From the NCBI RefSeq assembly GCF_963921235.1, contig NC_086097.1, forward strand, positions 113,710,001 to 113,774,000: a DNA stretch of 64,000 nt, read 5' to 3'. Shown piece by piece: positions 1 through 13,508 of the stretch. Position 1 is the first letter of the stretch. Each line of letters starts with the position of its first letter. Under the pieces are notes generated by a model. That model searched no databases. It had not been told where the DNA came from and worked only from the letters and a program-made list of their open reading frames with translations. Made by a program: the position numbers and the translations under genes. The DNA comes from Mobula hypostoma. Its lineage: Eukaryota.

Positions 1-346
1 CCACAGATTCACCACTCTCTGTGTGAAGAAGTTTTTCCTAATCTCGGTCCTAAAAGGCTTCACCTTTATCCTCAAACTGTGACCCCTCGTTCTGGACTTC
101 CCCAACATCGGGAACAATCTTCCTGCATCTAGCCTGTCCAATCCCTTTAGGATTTTATACGTTTCAATCAGATCCCCCCCTCAATCTTCTAAATTCCAAT
201 GAGTACAAGCCCAGTTCATCCAGTCTTTCTTCATATGAAAGTCCTGCCATCCCAGGAATCAATCTGGTGAACCTTCTTTGTACTCCCTCTATGGCAAGGA
301 TGTCTTTCCTCAGATTAGGGGACCAAAACTGCACACAATACTCCAT
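1..346 (-). mobile_element. CR1 LINE fragment (young subfamily), cut by the window edge
   Basis: Encodes [31 protein letters not shown]. Near-identical to the copies at 52570-54443 and 55944-57196. Confidence 0.9.
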
Positions 347-1669
347 TTGACCCTTAGTTTCAGTAGTTAAGTTTGACATCCTATGAATACCATGTGAGGA
401 GTGTTCTGGCCTCTAGAGATGCAGTTCATTCTGTATGCACATCACTTCCTCTGTACAAGGTGGTTTTTTATATCAATTGGTGCACTGTTAGTTTTTATTC
501 TGATTTGAAGCACACAGTGGAAATACATTCTTCTCTGTCCAATCTATTTGCCCTTGAAACAGCAATATCTGTGAGTCATAAGTTTTTGGTAATATTGGTA
601 AACATTTAGTAGATATATTTTTAATAAAGTGTTATGCTTAAGTTTATCTTTGCACCACAATGTTGACTGTTATATAGTTATAGAATTTTACATATATGTA
701 CTACCTTGGTTAACATCTGTTGTGTGCAATGATTCTGTATTGAATTTAATACCTATTTTACTTAACTCTGCAGTTTCACACAGAAGTAATCTCATTTAAA
801 CCCTAAAAGGGAGCTTCCATCTCTGGCGATTTTTGGTAAGTTGTTTAGCTCGCTGCGTAGCTGTGTCGACACATGCAGTGAGGGCAGTCGAGCAATCTTT
901 GAATTAATTAATAATTGTGTAGTGAATTACCTAACCTAAGTCAGTTGGTGAAAGGTCAACAAGGGGGACCTATACATTCTGTACATGAACTAAAAACATG
1001 GTGTAAAATGAAGGGGAAAATGCAAACCACTTCTCTGCAGTTTCCTTTTCCATCAAGGTGAAGACACTATTCAAGTAAATGGGTCTGTGCACATTCATCA
1101 TCAATAACATAGAACACCCAGCCCCTCAGCTCAGTTATGAGCATAGCAATCTTACACTCAATCCCACAGGTGGAAGAGGTATTCAGAAGCAGTGGTACCT
1201 CACCTCTTCCTCATCACTGGCCTCCATGTTGCATTGCATAGGCATGGGAGTCGGGCAAACAGACTCATGAAGTAGATTTTAAATGAAATTAAGCATTTAC
1301 ATAACTGAAATACAGTGGGTCATATTGTGACAACCATTATAAAGATGTGGTCACAATATGACCTGCAACCAACAGATCAAGACTCCGCACTTCTGCATCA
1401 CCTAGTCATGAATAACGGTGGGCGAGTGAACAGCTAATAGGAAGAAAAGGTAGCAAGGAGATATCCAAACTCAGTTTTGGGAGTCCACCATGTGAGTGTA
1501 AAGGTCAGTTAAGGCAATTGCAGCCTTAGCTACATCAACATCCTCAGTCCAAGAGTCCAATCATTGCAAATGTAGCTACTCAACTTACACCACATGATGT
1601 AGAGAAAGACCAGGGAGCACAGGATGAAATAATCTCTATGAAATGCCAAATCCGCCAAGCGGACCATAA

Positions 1670-1985
1670 CCTTATCATAGGGTTTGGAGGCTTGCATGCT
1701 TCAATGACCTGGAGAGCTGTTGGCTGCAATTAGGACCTAGTGCTTTGTTTCTTGGCAGGGTCACCTATCCCAAACAGGTCAGAGGGTAGAGGCAAATTTA
1801 AGAGTGGTCCACTGGTCTTCCAGGTTTAGGGGTTCAGCTCAGGGCTAAAAACCCTGACTGATCAAAAGAAAATTGTTTCTGAAGCAACAATGAAGAATCC
1901 TTCTATATCTGTGTGTGACTGCGTGGTCAGACAGAGATGGAGGACTTTCATTGCTGCCCTAAACACCAGCGGTGTAACAAGCAGG
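1670..1985 (+). mobile_element. Probable RTE-derived non-autonomous element
   Basis: Resembles RTE 5' UTR sequence (ccaggttt..gggttcagc..gggctaa..accc) joined to an RTE-like 3' end (agatggaggactttcattgctgcccta). Recognised by eye only. Confidence 0.4.
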
Positions 1986-2964
1986 ACAAAAAATGAGTTG
2001 CTGAATATCCAATAGGATTAGAAATGAACAAATCCAATCCATCTCTAGACTCGTTCATCAGTAAAGTGAAGAAGTTGTCAGTAACTCTGGAAATTAAGAA
2101 ACAAGTAACCTAATTGCAGTTTTAGGCCCACTTAACTCCAGATTTCAACCCAGTCTTGATCTAAAGAAAACCCAATCACTGTCAGCTAAAGATGATTTGA
2201 GAGAAATATCAGTGATATCAAGGTAGCAATTGATCTGGTACCACATAAAGAACCCCGAAATGAAACTGGTCAATATGTATCAAAGAGAAATTACTGCAAT
2301 ATTTTGAGTCATACCTCATACAAAGGAGTTTTCTTGGAGATCAAACATCCCAGCCCTGGAACTTTACTGCAGGAGTTCCCAAGGACAGTGTCATTGGTCC
2401 ACTATCTTTAGCTGCTCCAGCTAAAAGCACTCCCTGTACTATCAAAGGGAAGGAGATGAGCAGCAAGCACCTGCGAGCACCTCATTTAAAGGCACCCTTC
2501 AAGTAATTCATCATTATGTCTTGGAAATGTACTTATACCATTTCATCATCTGTAATCTAAATCCTAGAATGCTCTTACAACGACATTGTGGCCATACCTT
2601 CACTAGAGGGACTGGAGGAGTTTAAGGAGGAGACAGACCATCATATTTTTATCAATATCTGGGAATGTTTAATAAATGTTGGCTTTCTAGCAAGAAACAA
2701 TATGAAAATGAAATCAGCTTTGCTAAACTGTTATAAATTTTGCTGGTGTTGCAGAAGCCATGATGATTGCATATTGTGTATTAACCTGTTTGATTTGCTC
2801 ATTAACTGGATGTTAAAAGCTGGAATCCCTTTTTATTTTGGTAAAAGGCATTGATCTGCAAGCAAAAAGAAGTACTTAGCATAATGGGTAAGCCTCAAAC
2901 CATGCACTGCCATGTTCTCTGTCCATCTACTGACTTTAGGCCAAAGAGACTGAAATCTATTTTT

Positions 2965-3089
2965 AACACAAGGCATTCTGCAGATGCTGGAAATGCAGAG
3001 TAACACACACAAAATGCTGGAGGAACTCAGGAGGTCAGGCAGCATCAATGGAAAGAAACAAAGAGGTGACATCTCAGGCCAATACCCTT
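2965..3089 (-). mobile_element. Penelope-like element terminal fragment
   Basis: Shared terminus ctgcagatgctggaaat..acacacaaaatgctggaggaactcag. Flanked by the imperfect repeat aatct(a/g)ttttt. Confidence 0.7.
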
Positions 3090-4055
3090 AATCTGTTTTT
3101 GCTCTCATGTGTAAGTAGCCATAGTAGCCTTTCTAATGCAAAACTCCTTAAGCTTGTTCTCCATGCTATACTGCAATGTGCTCATGCCAGCAAATGACTT
3201 GTGCAGAGCCCTTCAGGTTAGCTAGTGTTTCAGCACATGTTTCACAATCCTGGTGAACTCTTGCAATATTAAATAACTACTGACAGCAGCAAACATGCAT
3301 AATTTTAACTACGACCTGTACAAATATGGGCTGTGGGTGAAGCCCTTACAGTCCCCGAGTCTGTGGAAAAGTGAGAAGAGATTTGGAAGGCTGAGCTTCC
3401 AAGTGGCGGTATTAGCAACAATCGGTTTTGCACGAGTATCATAATCTGCCACCCCTGACACACATTGATCACTCGCGCACTAATGCCCTCAACAAAATGA
3501 TAACACCTTTCAAATATCAACCTGCACCATAATCCACCATATCAGGTATGAAAGGAACACAAGAAACTAGTGAAAAGAAGAACTAGTGAGCCCAATTCTT
3601 CATCCTATCCTTCTTGAACACGGGTGAGCAGAGGGATCTGGTGAGGGCAGAAGAAGCATGTTGGGACCATGTGCACATGTGTACATGGGCATATTTAAAA
3701 CAGCCTTCCAAAAATAGTCAAATTTACTTCCTACACACACCCTTGCTGCTGAAAATAATATTCAGATATTCCCAAGAGTGATGTGTAGACCTGCTCCCGA
3801 GAGGAATTCAAGTAATTCGGGCCCTGTCCAGAGTGAAGTTCAGATTCATCCCTGAGGAATTTTCACTCTGCCCAGAGATTTCATAAAGACTTAATGAGGC
3901 ATACTTAAATTCGATATTGCTTGAATATATTGGACACATTGGAAGAAGGCTTTTGGGCTCAAATCTCCTCTGTATTTCCATGAGATTATGTCATTGAGTT
4001 AAAAACATAATAATTTCACAGAATGTGTAGCGTTGCTCAGGTAATGTAAACATAC

Positions 4056-4237
4056 CTCATCTGTTCTAAATATATGCCTTTTCTGTACTGTTGCTCCTGA
4101 GACATGCGCCAGCTGTTGTTTTCCACTGCGTGTGTTTGTTCCAACTGTAGATGTCGTTTTGTTGGTGCTTACTTGTTCCTGTACATTAGAAGACACGGTT
4201 ACGTGGGTATGAGTTTGAGTGCTTCCTTCCGAAGTGT
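4056..4237 (-). CDS. BAALC: BAALC coding exon 2
   Basis: Acceptor ctcttttcaacAG and donor GAG|GTATGT. The 182-nt exon is open in the frame set by exon 1 (phase 1 in, phase 0 out). It ends SGATVQKRHIFRTDE, resembling mammalian BAALC SGPLTQKQNGLQTTE. Confidence 0.8.
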
Positions 4238-4469
4238 CTGTTGAAAAGAGGATTATATGAACATACTATAATTCAGTGAATAAAAAGGAAGAATATTGTA
4301 GAAGATGAACCAATTTCACCCAGAGTTACTTCCGTGGAGTATCCCCACTGTAAAGTTGCCCTAGAAGCTTAATTCATTTTGCATTGCGCTGGTTTATTAG
4401 TGGTCATGACTGGAGGTCATGGGTTAAGGGTGAAAAGTGAAAAGTTTAAATGGAACATAAGAGGAAAAT

Positions 4470-6720
4470 TGCAGTTCCCCAATTCGTGTTGGGTTTCACC
4501 AATGTAGAGGAGGCCATATTGAGAGTAACGACACAGCAGACGATCCCAATAGATTCGAAGGTGAAGTGTTGGCTCACCTGGAAGGACAGTTTGGGGCCCT
4601 GAATAAAGGTAAGGGAGGAGGCAATTGGGCAGGTGTAGCATTTTTATCACTTGCAGGGATATGTGCAGGAGGGACATTATGTCACAATGGCAGCAAGGGT
4701 GGACCCAAATGCAAGACACATTTTGTGAGGTTAACTTAATTGAGTTTATTGCTCGATACATGGAGGGCAAAGCAGAAGTAGGAATAGTGTATTGGACAAG
4801 GACTCAGGCCTTGGACTAGGCTGGGAATAAGGGTCTGGACTAGGACTTGGAATCACGGACCGCCGGGGCCAGGACTTGACACTTGGAGCCTCCGGAGCCA
4901 GGACTTGAGACCTGGATGCAGCCGGAGCCAGGACTTGAGACCTGGATGCCGCCGGGGTCAGGAACTCTTCTTATTCACGGGACAGACACAGACACAGGGC
5001 ATAAAACATAGAGCCGGGAATCCTCCTAAGACATAGGACGGAGTCTTCTTGGCACAGGGTCAGGACCCTTCCAGACCCCTTTTAGACACACGACATGGAT
5101 ACGGAGACCACACAACAATGGACAGAGCTATAGCTGGGCTCAAGTACTCTCCAAGCCGTGGTGAGCTCTTGACTCACCACAGCGGGTTAACTTAGACTGA
5201 CCCGTACTGACAAGGAAAGGCGACTTGCTGGCACTTGGTCTGGGAGGAGACTAGGCTTGCTTCGGCCAGATGACATTGGCTCGCAGTACCTTTGGTGACT
5301 TTACAAACGCTCTCGCGCCGAATGTCAGAAAGCCGGAGACTATAAACTGCTGGTTCAGCCGAGAGTAAATTGCCTCCAATCACCAAGCCCGAGGGACACG
5401 GGAGAACAGGGAAACAAAGGGAAACAGGGAGTCATCGGTCTGGATGATAACATAAACAAAGTAAATTTAAAGGGACCCCGATCCAGACCATGACACATTA
5501 GTGGGGTAGGATGAATGGACAAGGGAATCACAGAGGATGTGATCCCTGTGGAAAGTGGAGAGTAGGGGGTAAGTAAAGATATGTTTGGTGGTGGGATCCC
5601 ATTGGAGCTTGTGGAAGAAGTTTCGGAGAATGATGTGTTGGAAGCAGAGGCTCATTCAGTGGTAGGTGAGGACAAAATGAATTCTAACCCTGTTAAGGCG
5701 GTGGGAAGATGCAGTTGGCGTAGAAGTCTGGGAAATGGAAGAGATGCGGATGAGGGCAGCATCAAAGGAGGAAGAGAAATCCCCTTCTTTAAAGGAGGAC
5801 ATCTCTGGTGTCTTGGAAAGAAAAGCCTCAGCCTGGGAACAGATGCACTGGAAAGGAAGGAAATGAGAAAAGGGTATAATGTTTTTGTAGGAGACAGGTG
5901 GGAAGAAGTATAGTCAAGATAGCTGTGGGAGTCGATAGGTTTATAAAAGATTTTGGGAGACAATTTATCTCCAGAGAAGGAGAAAGAGATCAAGAAACGG
6001 GAGAGAGGTGTCAGAAATGGACCATGTGAATTTAAGGGCAGGATGGAAGTTGGAGGCAAAGTTGACGAACTGATGAGTGCAGCATGTGTGTCTGAAAAAC
6101 ACCAATGCAGTCGTCAATATAGTGAAGGAAGAGATGAGGAGTTTTACCAGAGAAGGCTTGGAACCTGGACTGTTCTAGACAGCCAACAAAAAGGCAGGCA
6201 TAGCTGGGGCCCATGCGAGTGCCCATGACTGTCCCTTGAGTTTGAAGAAAGTGGGAGGAGCCGAAGGAAAATTTGTTGAGGATGGTGTAGTCCTGCCAGA
6301 TGGAAGAGGGTGGTGGTTGAGAAAAAATGGAGTGTTTTAAGGCCTATTTGATGGGGAGTAGAAGTGTATAGGGACTGGACATCCATGGTGAAAGGAGGAC
6401 CAGGGAATTGAAGCTAGTGAGGAGATCGAGAGCATGAGAAGTGAATGGAGGTTAGTGGAAACCAAGGGGGATAGAATGGAATCAAGGTATTTAAACATGA
6501 GTTCAGTGGGGCAGGAGCAGGCAGAGACAAATGGCCTACCGAACAGTCAAGTTGGTGGATCTTGGGTGGGAGGTAGGTACGAGCAGTGTGGGGTAAGGAA
6601 ACTATAAGTTTGGTGGCAGTGGGTGGGAGTTCTCCAGAGTTGATGAGGTCAGTGATGGTGTTGGAGACAATTTTCTGACAGTCCAGAGTGGGGCCTCTTC
6701 AAGGGGTAAGTAAGAGGAGG
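4470..6720 (-). mobile_element. Decayed Penelope-like retroelement (RT plus GIY-YIG), interrupted by a solo LTR
   Basis: RT motifs MDVQSLYTS, MGTRMGPSYACLFVG and YIDDCIG. GIY-YIG segment GLLYIGET. Multiple frameshifts. Confidence 0.85.
4680..5495 (-). mobile_element. Solo LTR (Gypsy-type), 816 bp
   Basis: Ends TGTCA...TGACA. Perfect 5-bp TSD CATTA at 4675-4679 and 5496-5500. Shares the subterminal motif tgcatttgggtcc with the other LTRs. Internal ~30-bp tandem repeat at ~4860-4965. Confidence 0.85.
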
Positions 6721-7777
6721 TGATGTTTTATATGTCTCTGTGCTACAAATTATTGGATGGGGCTGGCACTCTGTGCATTATTTTTTTCTTTCCATGCATT
6801 ATTTTGCTCCATTCCAATTAACTGAAAGAAATTTGCAATTATTTTCATTGTTTGGATATCGGAAGCAGCTCTGTGTTGTCTGCGATATGCAAAGGGACAC
6901 TCATGGTATGTACTTTCTGCATCTTTCTCACCAAAGTGGCGTGTGGAGAAGCATCAGGAAGGCAGTTAATATGAGAAAAAGACATTAGCCAAAGCCACCA
7001 AACTATTAAAATTGCAGACTTTAATCATTCACAGGAGAAATCCATCACTATGTTCAGTTTATGACAATGTGGGTTCAGATTCCCCGGAGGCATTTGCAAG
7101 CAGTAATTGAAATGACAAACACTCACTTTTTATATTGAACCAGATTTGTCTCTCACACCATCTGCATGCTGTTGGGTATATCTTGAAATGAATTCTGAAA
7201 TGCTGTATGCTGCACCCAATCTTTCAAGACTGTTGACTTTTATTCTTGAACATCCCCCTTCAGGGCAATGAAATGAGCAATCACGCTTCATAAAAACTAT
7301 AAGGTTTAGAGAATTTAATGAGCTTGTTAAGCAGATATTCCAGTGAGATAGTTATTAGTGGAGGCAACGGTTAGTGCAGTACAACATGCTTACTCAAAAT
7401 ATTAAAAATTTCAGAGGGTGCTTAGCATTGCAGTTGATGTGTCGAGAAGCAGACGGTGAGGCAATTGAAGGCACAACAAGTGCGAAGCTGCAGGTCTTTC
7501 CAGGACAGTGTAATCCTTTATGTCACTGAAAAGAGTAGGTGATTGAACCAAGGTAAAACTATACACAGAACAACATTTACTGAAGGCAATAATTCTCAAC
7601 AGAACAGTGGAGTTTGATCCATGTCACATGGTGCACTCAGTTCTTAAAGGTAACCGTACACTTAGAAATACTGCACTGCTGCTTCTTTAAGATGAAATAA
7701 GACCATGCAAACCTCCAAAGACTTAAAAGTAGTAATATTTATATATACTAAGCTAATAGAATAAGTATTTACCTATA

Positions 7778-8539
7778 CACTCAGTGGCCACTTTATTAGG
7801 TACACCTGTGCACCTGTTTGTTAATGCAAATCTAATTAGCCAATCATGAGGCAGCAACTCAATGCATAAAAGCATGCAGACATGGTCAAAAGGTTCAGCT
7901 GATACCTGGGCATGCTGGGATGGAGGGAAATGAAATTGTGGATGGTTTGTAAAGTCTTCCTTACAGAGCAGGCAAGTAGAAATTAGAGTTCCCCTAGGCA
8001 GAGCAGAATTGAGAAGTAGGATTAAAAAAGGTATAGAGAAGAAGTGGCAGGAGGATTGGAAAAATGAATAAAGGGGCAAGCATTATTTTTCTAGTCACCC
8101 ACTAGTTAAAAAGGTCTCAGACTGTTACCTTTTAAGTCATAGAGATATGGTGAAATTAACAAGACTTAGGTTGGGGCATTGGGGGCTAAACTATTATTTA
8201 AAGACAATAGGAAGATATCCTACTGGATTATGTGACTGTGGTGGTCCAGAGACAGTCCAGCATGTTTTGCTGAGCTGTAATCGATACAAAATTGAAAGAA
8301 GCATGTTGTTCAAAAGGCTATCTGGCTTAAATTTATTTAGGTTTTCTATTAAATCTTTGTTTGGCCATCAAGAGAATCAACATCTGATTGAAGAGTCTAT
8401 TATTCAGTTTATACGTGAGACTAGGTTGTATTCGAGAATTTGAGTTCCTTGAAGTTCTATAATTAATTATACATCCTGCGGAGGGCTGTAATGCACCTAG
8501 ATGCGTCTAAACAGCTGGAAACAGAAGAAGAAGAAGAAG

Positions 8540-8570
<31 letters not shown>

Positions 8571-9018
8571 TCTGTTGCTGTTCAGATCAAACAGCAGAAT
8601 GGAGAAGAAATCTGATCTAAGTGACTTTGACCGTGGAATGATTGTTGGTTGTTGCCAGGCAGGATGGTTTGAATACCTCAGAAACTGCTGATCTCCTGGG
8701 GCTTTCACACACAAGAGTCTCTAGACTTTACAGAGAATGGTGTGAAAACAAAAAAAAAGACATCCAGTGAAGGGCAGTTCTGTGGGCAAAAATGTCATGT
8801 TAATGAAGAAGTCAGAGGAGAATGGCCAGACTGGTTCAAGCTGACAGAAAGGCGACAATAACTCGAATAGCCTTGCAGTGGTGTGAAGAAGAGCATCTTT
8901 CAATGGACGAGACATTGAAACTTGAAGTGGATGGGCTACAGCAGCAGAAGACACAAACATACCGGCAGTGGCCACTTTATTAGGTACAGGAGATACCCCA
9001 TAAAGTGGCCACTGAGTG
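7778..9018 (+). mobile_element. Tc1-derived non-autonomous element interrupted by a LINE
   Basis: Terminal inverted repeats (TIRs) CACTCAGTGGCCACTTTA(TTAGG) with TA TSDs. Remnant of the transposase N-terminus (DLSDFDRGMIVG). Confidence 0.9.
7902..8568 (+). mobile_element. 5'-truncated I/Nimb-like LINE with a (GAA)n tail
   Basis: End of RNase H (IPGHAGMEGNEIVD), C-terminal CCHC motif (CDCG..ETVQHVLLSC) and a (GAA)~15 tail. Same family as 62110-64000. Degenerate TSD gttcagctg/gttctgttg. Confidence 0.8.
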
Positions 9019-9089
9019 TACTTATAGAGTTATGAAATTAAACAATGAGAAATTATGTTCAGCTACAGGGTCTCTTATAGGACAAAGAA

Positions 9090-9390
9090 GCACAGTGGCA
9101 TAGCAGTTAGCGTTACGCCTTACACCACCAGCTATAAGATCCAGGTTCAATTCCCACCACTGCCTGTAAGGATTTTGTACATTCTCCCGGGTTTCCTCCG
9201 GGTGCTCCAGGTTCCCCCCACATTGCAAAGACATACAATTTGGCGTACTGAGGTGTGAGCATGCTATGTTGGTGCTGGAAGCGTGGTGACACTTCCAGGC
9301 TGACCCAGCACATCCTTGCTGATTTGATTTGACACAAAGGACACATTTCACTGTATGTTTCGACGTAAGTATGACAAATAAAGCTGACAT
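9090..9390 (+). mobile_element. tRNA-derived V-SINE-like element
   Basis: A/B-box-like head (tggcatagcagtt...ggttcaattcc) and the V-domain-like core gggtttcctccgggtgctcc. Confidence 0.75.
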
Positions 9391-9439
9391 TAATGTTTAA
9401 TCCCAAAGTGTCCACTCCAGATGCCCTCGTTTCTGGTAG

Positions 9440-10355
9440 ATATAGAAACCATAGAAAAACTACAGCACAGAAACAGCCCTTTGGCCCTTCTTGGCTGTGC
9501 CAAACCATTTTCTGCCTAGTCCCACTGACCTGCACACGGACCATATCCCTCCATACACCTCCCATTCATGTATCTGTCCAATTTATTCTTAAATGTTAAA
9601 AAAGAACCCGCATTTACCACCTCGTCTGGCAGCTCATTCCATATTCTTACCACTCTCTGTGTGAAGAAGCCCCCTCTAATGTTCCCTTTAAACTTCCCCC
9701 CCCCCCACCCTTAACCCATGTCCTCTGGTTTTTTTCTCCCCTTGCCTCAGTGGAAAAAGCCTGCTTGCATTCACTCTATCTATACCCATCATAATTTTAT
9801 ATACCTCTATCAAATCTCCCCTCATTCTTCAACGCTCCAGGGAATAAAGTCCTAACCTATTCAACCTTTCTCTGTAACTGAGTTTCTCAAGTCCTGGCAA
9901 CATCCTTGCAAACCTTCTCTGCACTCTTTCAACCTTATTAATAAATTTCCTGTAATTTGGTGACCAAAACTGAACACAATACTCCAGATTCGGCCTCACC
10001 AATGCCTTATACAACCTCAACAACCTCATCATAACATTCCAGCTCTTATACTCAATACTTCGATTAATAAAGGCCAATGTATCAAAAGCTCTCTTTACGA
10101 CCCTATCTACCTGTGATGCCACTTTTAGGGAATTTTGTATCTGTATTCCCAGATCCCTCTCTCCTACTGCACTCCTCAGTGCCTTACCATTTACCCTGTA
10201 TGTTCTACCTTGGTTTGTCCTTCCAACGTGCAATACCTCACACTTGTCTGAATTAAACTCCATCTGCCATTTTTCAGCCCATTTTTCCAGCTAGTCCAAG
10301 TCCCTCTGCAGGCTTTGAAAACCTTCCTCACTGTCCACTGCACCTCCAATCTTTG
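9440..10355 (-). mobile_element. CR1 LINE 3' part
   Basis: ORF 9829-10263 ([25 protein letters not shown]) and a (TTTCTATG)-like tail. Confidence 0.9.
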
Positions 10356-10584
10356 TTCTGCATATAACATGTCTTTTGATTGGTTCCTGCTCTGCTCTGC
10401 CACATTGTGCCCAGCAATGGCGGCACTGGAGAACCCATCTAGCAACTCAAATCCAAGCTCCTCTGCGACCTTCTGTTCTTCAGTCACAAGCTCTCTGAAT
10501 TTCATGGGCACGTGCATCATCATGTGCCATGTCATATGATGTCATTATGTGCCATATCACATGACATCATCATTATGTGTTGTG

Positions 10585-10935
10585 TCAAATGACATGGACA
10601 ATCATGGTCTTTGACCATGACTGTGCTTGGCAAATGTTTCTACAGAAGTGGTTTGCCATTGCCCTCTTCTGGGCAGTATTTTGACAGGACGGGTGACCCC
10701 AGCCATTATGAATACTCTTCAGAGAGTATCTGCCTGACGTTAGTAGTCGTATAACCAGGACTTGTGATATGCACCAGCTGCTCATACGACTATCCACAAC
10801 CTGCTTCCATGGCCTCACATGGCCCTGATGAGGGACTGAGCTGGTGCTACAGCTTCCCAACAGCAACCTGCAGCCTAGTGGAGGGAAGAAGCACCTTACA
10901 CCTCCTTTGGTAGAGGTGTATCTCCACTGCACCAC
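10585..10935 (-). mobile_element. RTE-related SINE-like element
   Basis: Contains gaagagggcaatggcaaaccacttc, a motif typical of RTE/BovB-derived SINEs. An adjacent low-complexity catcattatgtg tract lies at ~10515-10590. Confidence 0.5.
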
Positions 10936-11402
10936 AATGTATGTATTAATACTTCTAATATCTGTGCCCTTGCTTACTGTGCAGCTCCTGTCTCCCTGTA
11001 CTTTTATAGTTTTCCCACAGTTCCATCTCACTGACATTCCATTGACTGGAGAATAGAGGACCCTCACACTATCACAGCTTGAAAACATCATTCCTGGACA
11101 TGTGCTGCCCGTTCTGACCCCTTTTCCTCTCTCCTTCTGAATTCAGCAATAACAAATATATCCTAGTTCAAATAACCTGTGGTAAATTGAATGTTGGTTC
11201 TTAACACTGCCAAAAAAAAAATCTTGTTTAGTAACCATCACTTGGTAGTTTTTTAAAATCTGGGTGGGCCAATTTTGTTCAACTGCCCCACTGAACATTG
11301 GAGTGGCATGGAGACATTAAACTATATCTGAATCCATTGGCATGGAGGATTCAAACAAATTGTGCTAACTTGAATTTCCAAACACTGTAAGATACTAAAA
11401 CA

Positions 11403-11970
11403 TTGCACACAAAATGCTGGAGGAACTCAGCAGGTCAGGTAGCATCTATGGAGAGGAATAAACTGTCAATGTTTTGGGCCAAGACCTTTTATCAGGACTG
11501 GAAAGGAAGGAGGAAGAAGACAGAATACGAAGGTTGGGGGAGAGGAAGGAGTAGAGGCTGGCAAGTGATAGGTGAGACCCGATGAGGGGGAAGGTGGGTG
11601 CATGGGGGAAGGGAGATGGTGAGAACCTGGGAGTTGATAGGTGGAAGAGTTAAAGAGCTGAACAAGAGGGAAACTGATAGGAGAGGAGATTAGGAAAAGG
11701 GGAAGGAGGAAAGGTACCAGAAGGAAGTAATGGGCAGATGAGAAGAAGAGAATGGATAAGAATGGAGCCAGAATGGGAAATGGAAAAAAAGAGAAGGGGA
11801 AAGGGGGATAAATTGCCACTATTTAGATAAATCAATGTTCATGCTTTGAGGTTGGAGACTACGCAGATGGACTACCCAGTCCTCCAACCTGAGAGTGACC
11901 TCATTGTGGGAGTAAAAGAGACCATGGACTGACATGTTGGAATGGGAATGGGAAGCAGATTCAAAATTGG
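11403..11970 (-). mobile_element. Penelope-like element 3' fragment
   Basis: GIY-YIG C-terminal remnant, pyrimidine-rich UTR and a degenerate hammerhead motif at 11463-11500. Confidence 0.8.
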
Positions 11971-12964
11971 TGGTCAGCAGGCCAGAAAAAATCTAACCTC
12001 AGCATCCATGATAAACTCTACAGAGATGCATGACCAAAATGACAGCATTTCCAAAAACTTACATTGGCAATCAATCAGTAGGAGAAAAAATTTAGCTTCG
12101 ATCTTTAAAAAATCCATGTTTTGTCTCTGGCAGAGATAACATGTACCACAGTCATGGGCAGCTGTACGCTGAAACCCTTACTCACCAAGCAAGAATTCAC
12201 CAATTTCTCAATGCTGTGATCAGGATAAACATACAGTCTCTGCACACTACCAAAATCACTGTTTCCAAACATTTAGGGTCGACACCTTTTGATATTAGTT
12301 TCAGAAACACCGTGGTGTGACCCCACTTCAGGAAGGTGGTATTCACCAACAGCGTACTTAGCTTTCTCCTCACCCTTCCTTATTTCCAATTCAGTCCATC
12401 CAGACTCATCTCTATAAGAGGACATGCAACAATACAGGACGTGATTTAGTCCATGTCTAGGCTGGCTTCTACCACTTGTCTCATTGCCCTTCCTTCATCC
12501 CCACAACTGGTTCTTTCTTATGCCCATCAGCTCACCTCTCATTTAATTTTCCATCGGCTTGCATGCAAAGGTAACTTTCAGCAGTAATTAACCTACTTAT
12601 CCCATCTTGGTGTTGTTAGAGGAATCCACAAAAGGTTCTTGCTACAACCATTGGGCAGATTGCACAGGAGCTTCATGTCACTAGTTTCAGAAACAGTTAT
12701 TATCCTACAATCAGCATAGATAACTTCACTCACCTCAACACTGAACAGACTCCTTAACCCACAAATTCACTTTCAAGGGCTCTACAATTTATGTTCTCTG
12801 TATTATTTATTTACTTCTATTTGTACAATTTTTTTTCTATCACACATTGGTTGGCTGTCAGTTTTTGCTTGCGTATATTTGTTTTCATAAAATCTATTTT
12901 ATTTCTTTATTTTCCTGTAAATGCCTGCAAGAAAATGAATCTCAAGGTAGTAAACTGTGACATA

Positions 12965-13508
12965 GACTCAGTGGTCACTTTACTAGATACACCTGTACAC
13001 GTGCTTGTTAATGTAAACATCTAATCAGCCAATCATGTGGTAGCAACTCAATGCATAAAAGCATGCAGACATGGTCAAGAGGTTCAGTTGTTGTTGAGCC
13101 CAAACATCAGAATGGGGGAGAAATATAATCTAAATGATTTTGACCATGAAGTGGTTGTTGATGCCAGACGGGGTGGTTTGAGTATCGCAAAAGCTGTTGA
13201 TCTCCTGGGATTTTTACCATAACAGTCTCTAATGGATGCAGAGAATGGTATGAAAAACAAAAAAAATTCAGTGAACAGTAGTTCAGTACGTGAAAATGCC
13301 CTGTAAATGAAAGGTCAGAGGAGAGTGGCCAGACAAGTTCAAACTGACTGGAAGGCAACAGCAACTCAAATAAACATGTGTTACCACAGTGGTGTGCAGA
13401 AGAGCATCTCTAAATGTACAACACATCGGATCTTGAAGTGAATGGGTTACAGCAGCAAAAGATCACACTGGGTTCCACTCCTGTGCTTAATAAAGCGGCC
13501 ACTGAATG
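12965..13508 (+). mobile_element. Tc1-derived non-autonomous element nested in a LINE 3' UTR (~12670-13545)
   Basis: TIRs with TA flanks and a transposase N-terminal remnant (NLNDFDHEVVVDARRGGLSI). The host repeat resumes after the element and resembles 36930-37305. Confidence 0.85.

Noticed and set aside
2122..2170. Candidate BAALC terminal exon after a ttttctttag acceptor
   Set aside because: It reads IKTGLKSGVKWA-stop, with no similarity to the BAALC C-terminus.
8463..8714. Poly-Glu and poly-Ser ORFs
   Set aside because: They are artefacts of the (GAA)n LINE tail.
9090..9160. tRNA gene
   Set aside because: These are only the degenerate A/B boxes of a SINE head, with no complete cloverleaf.
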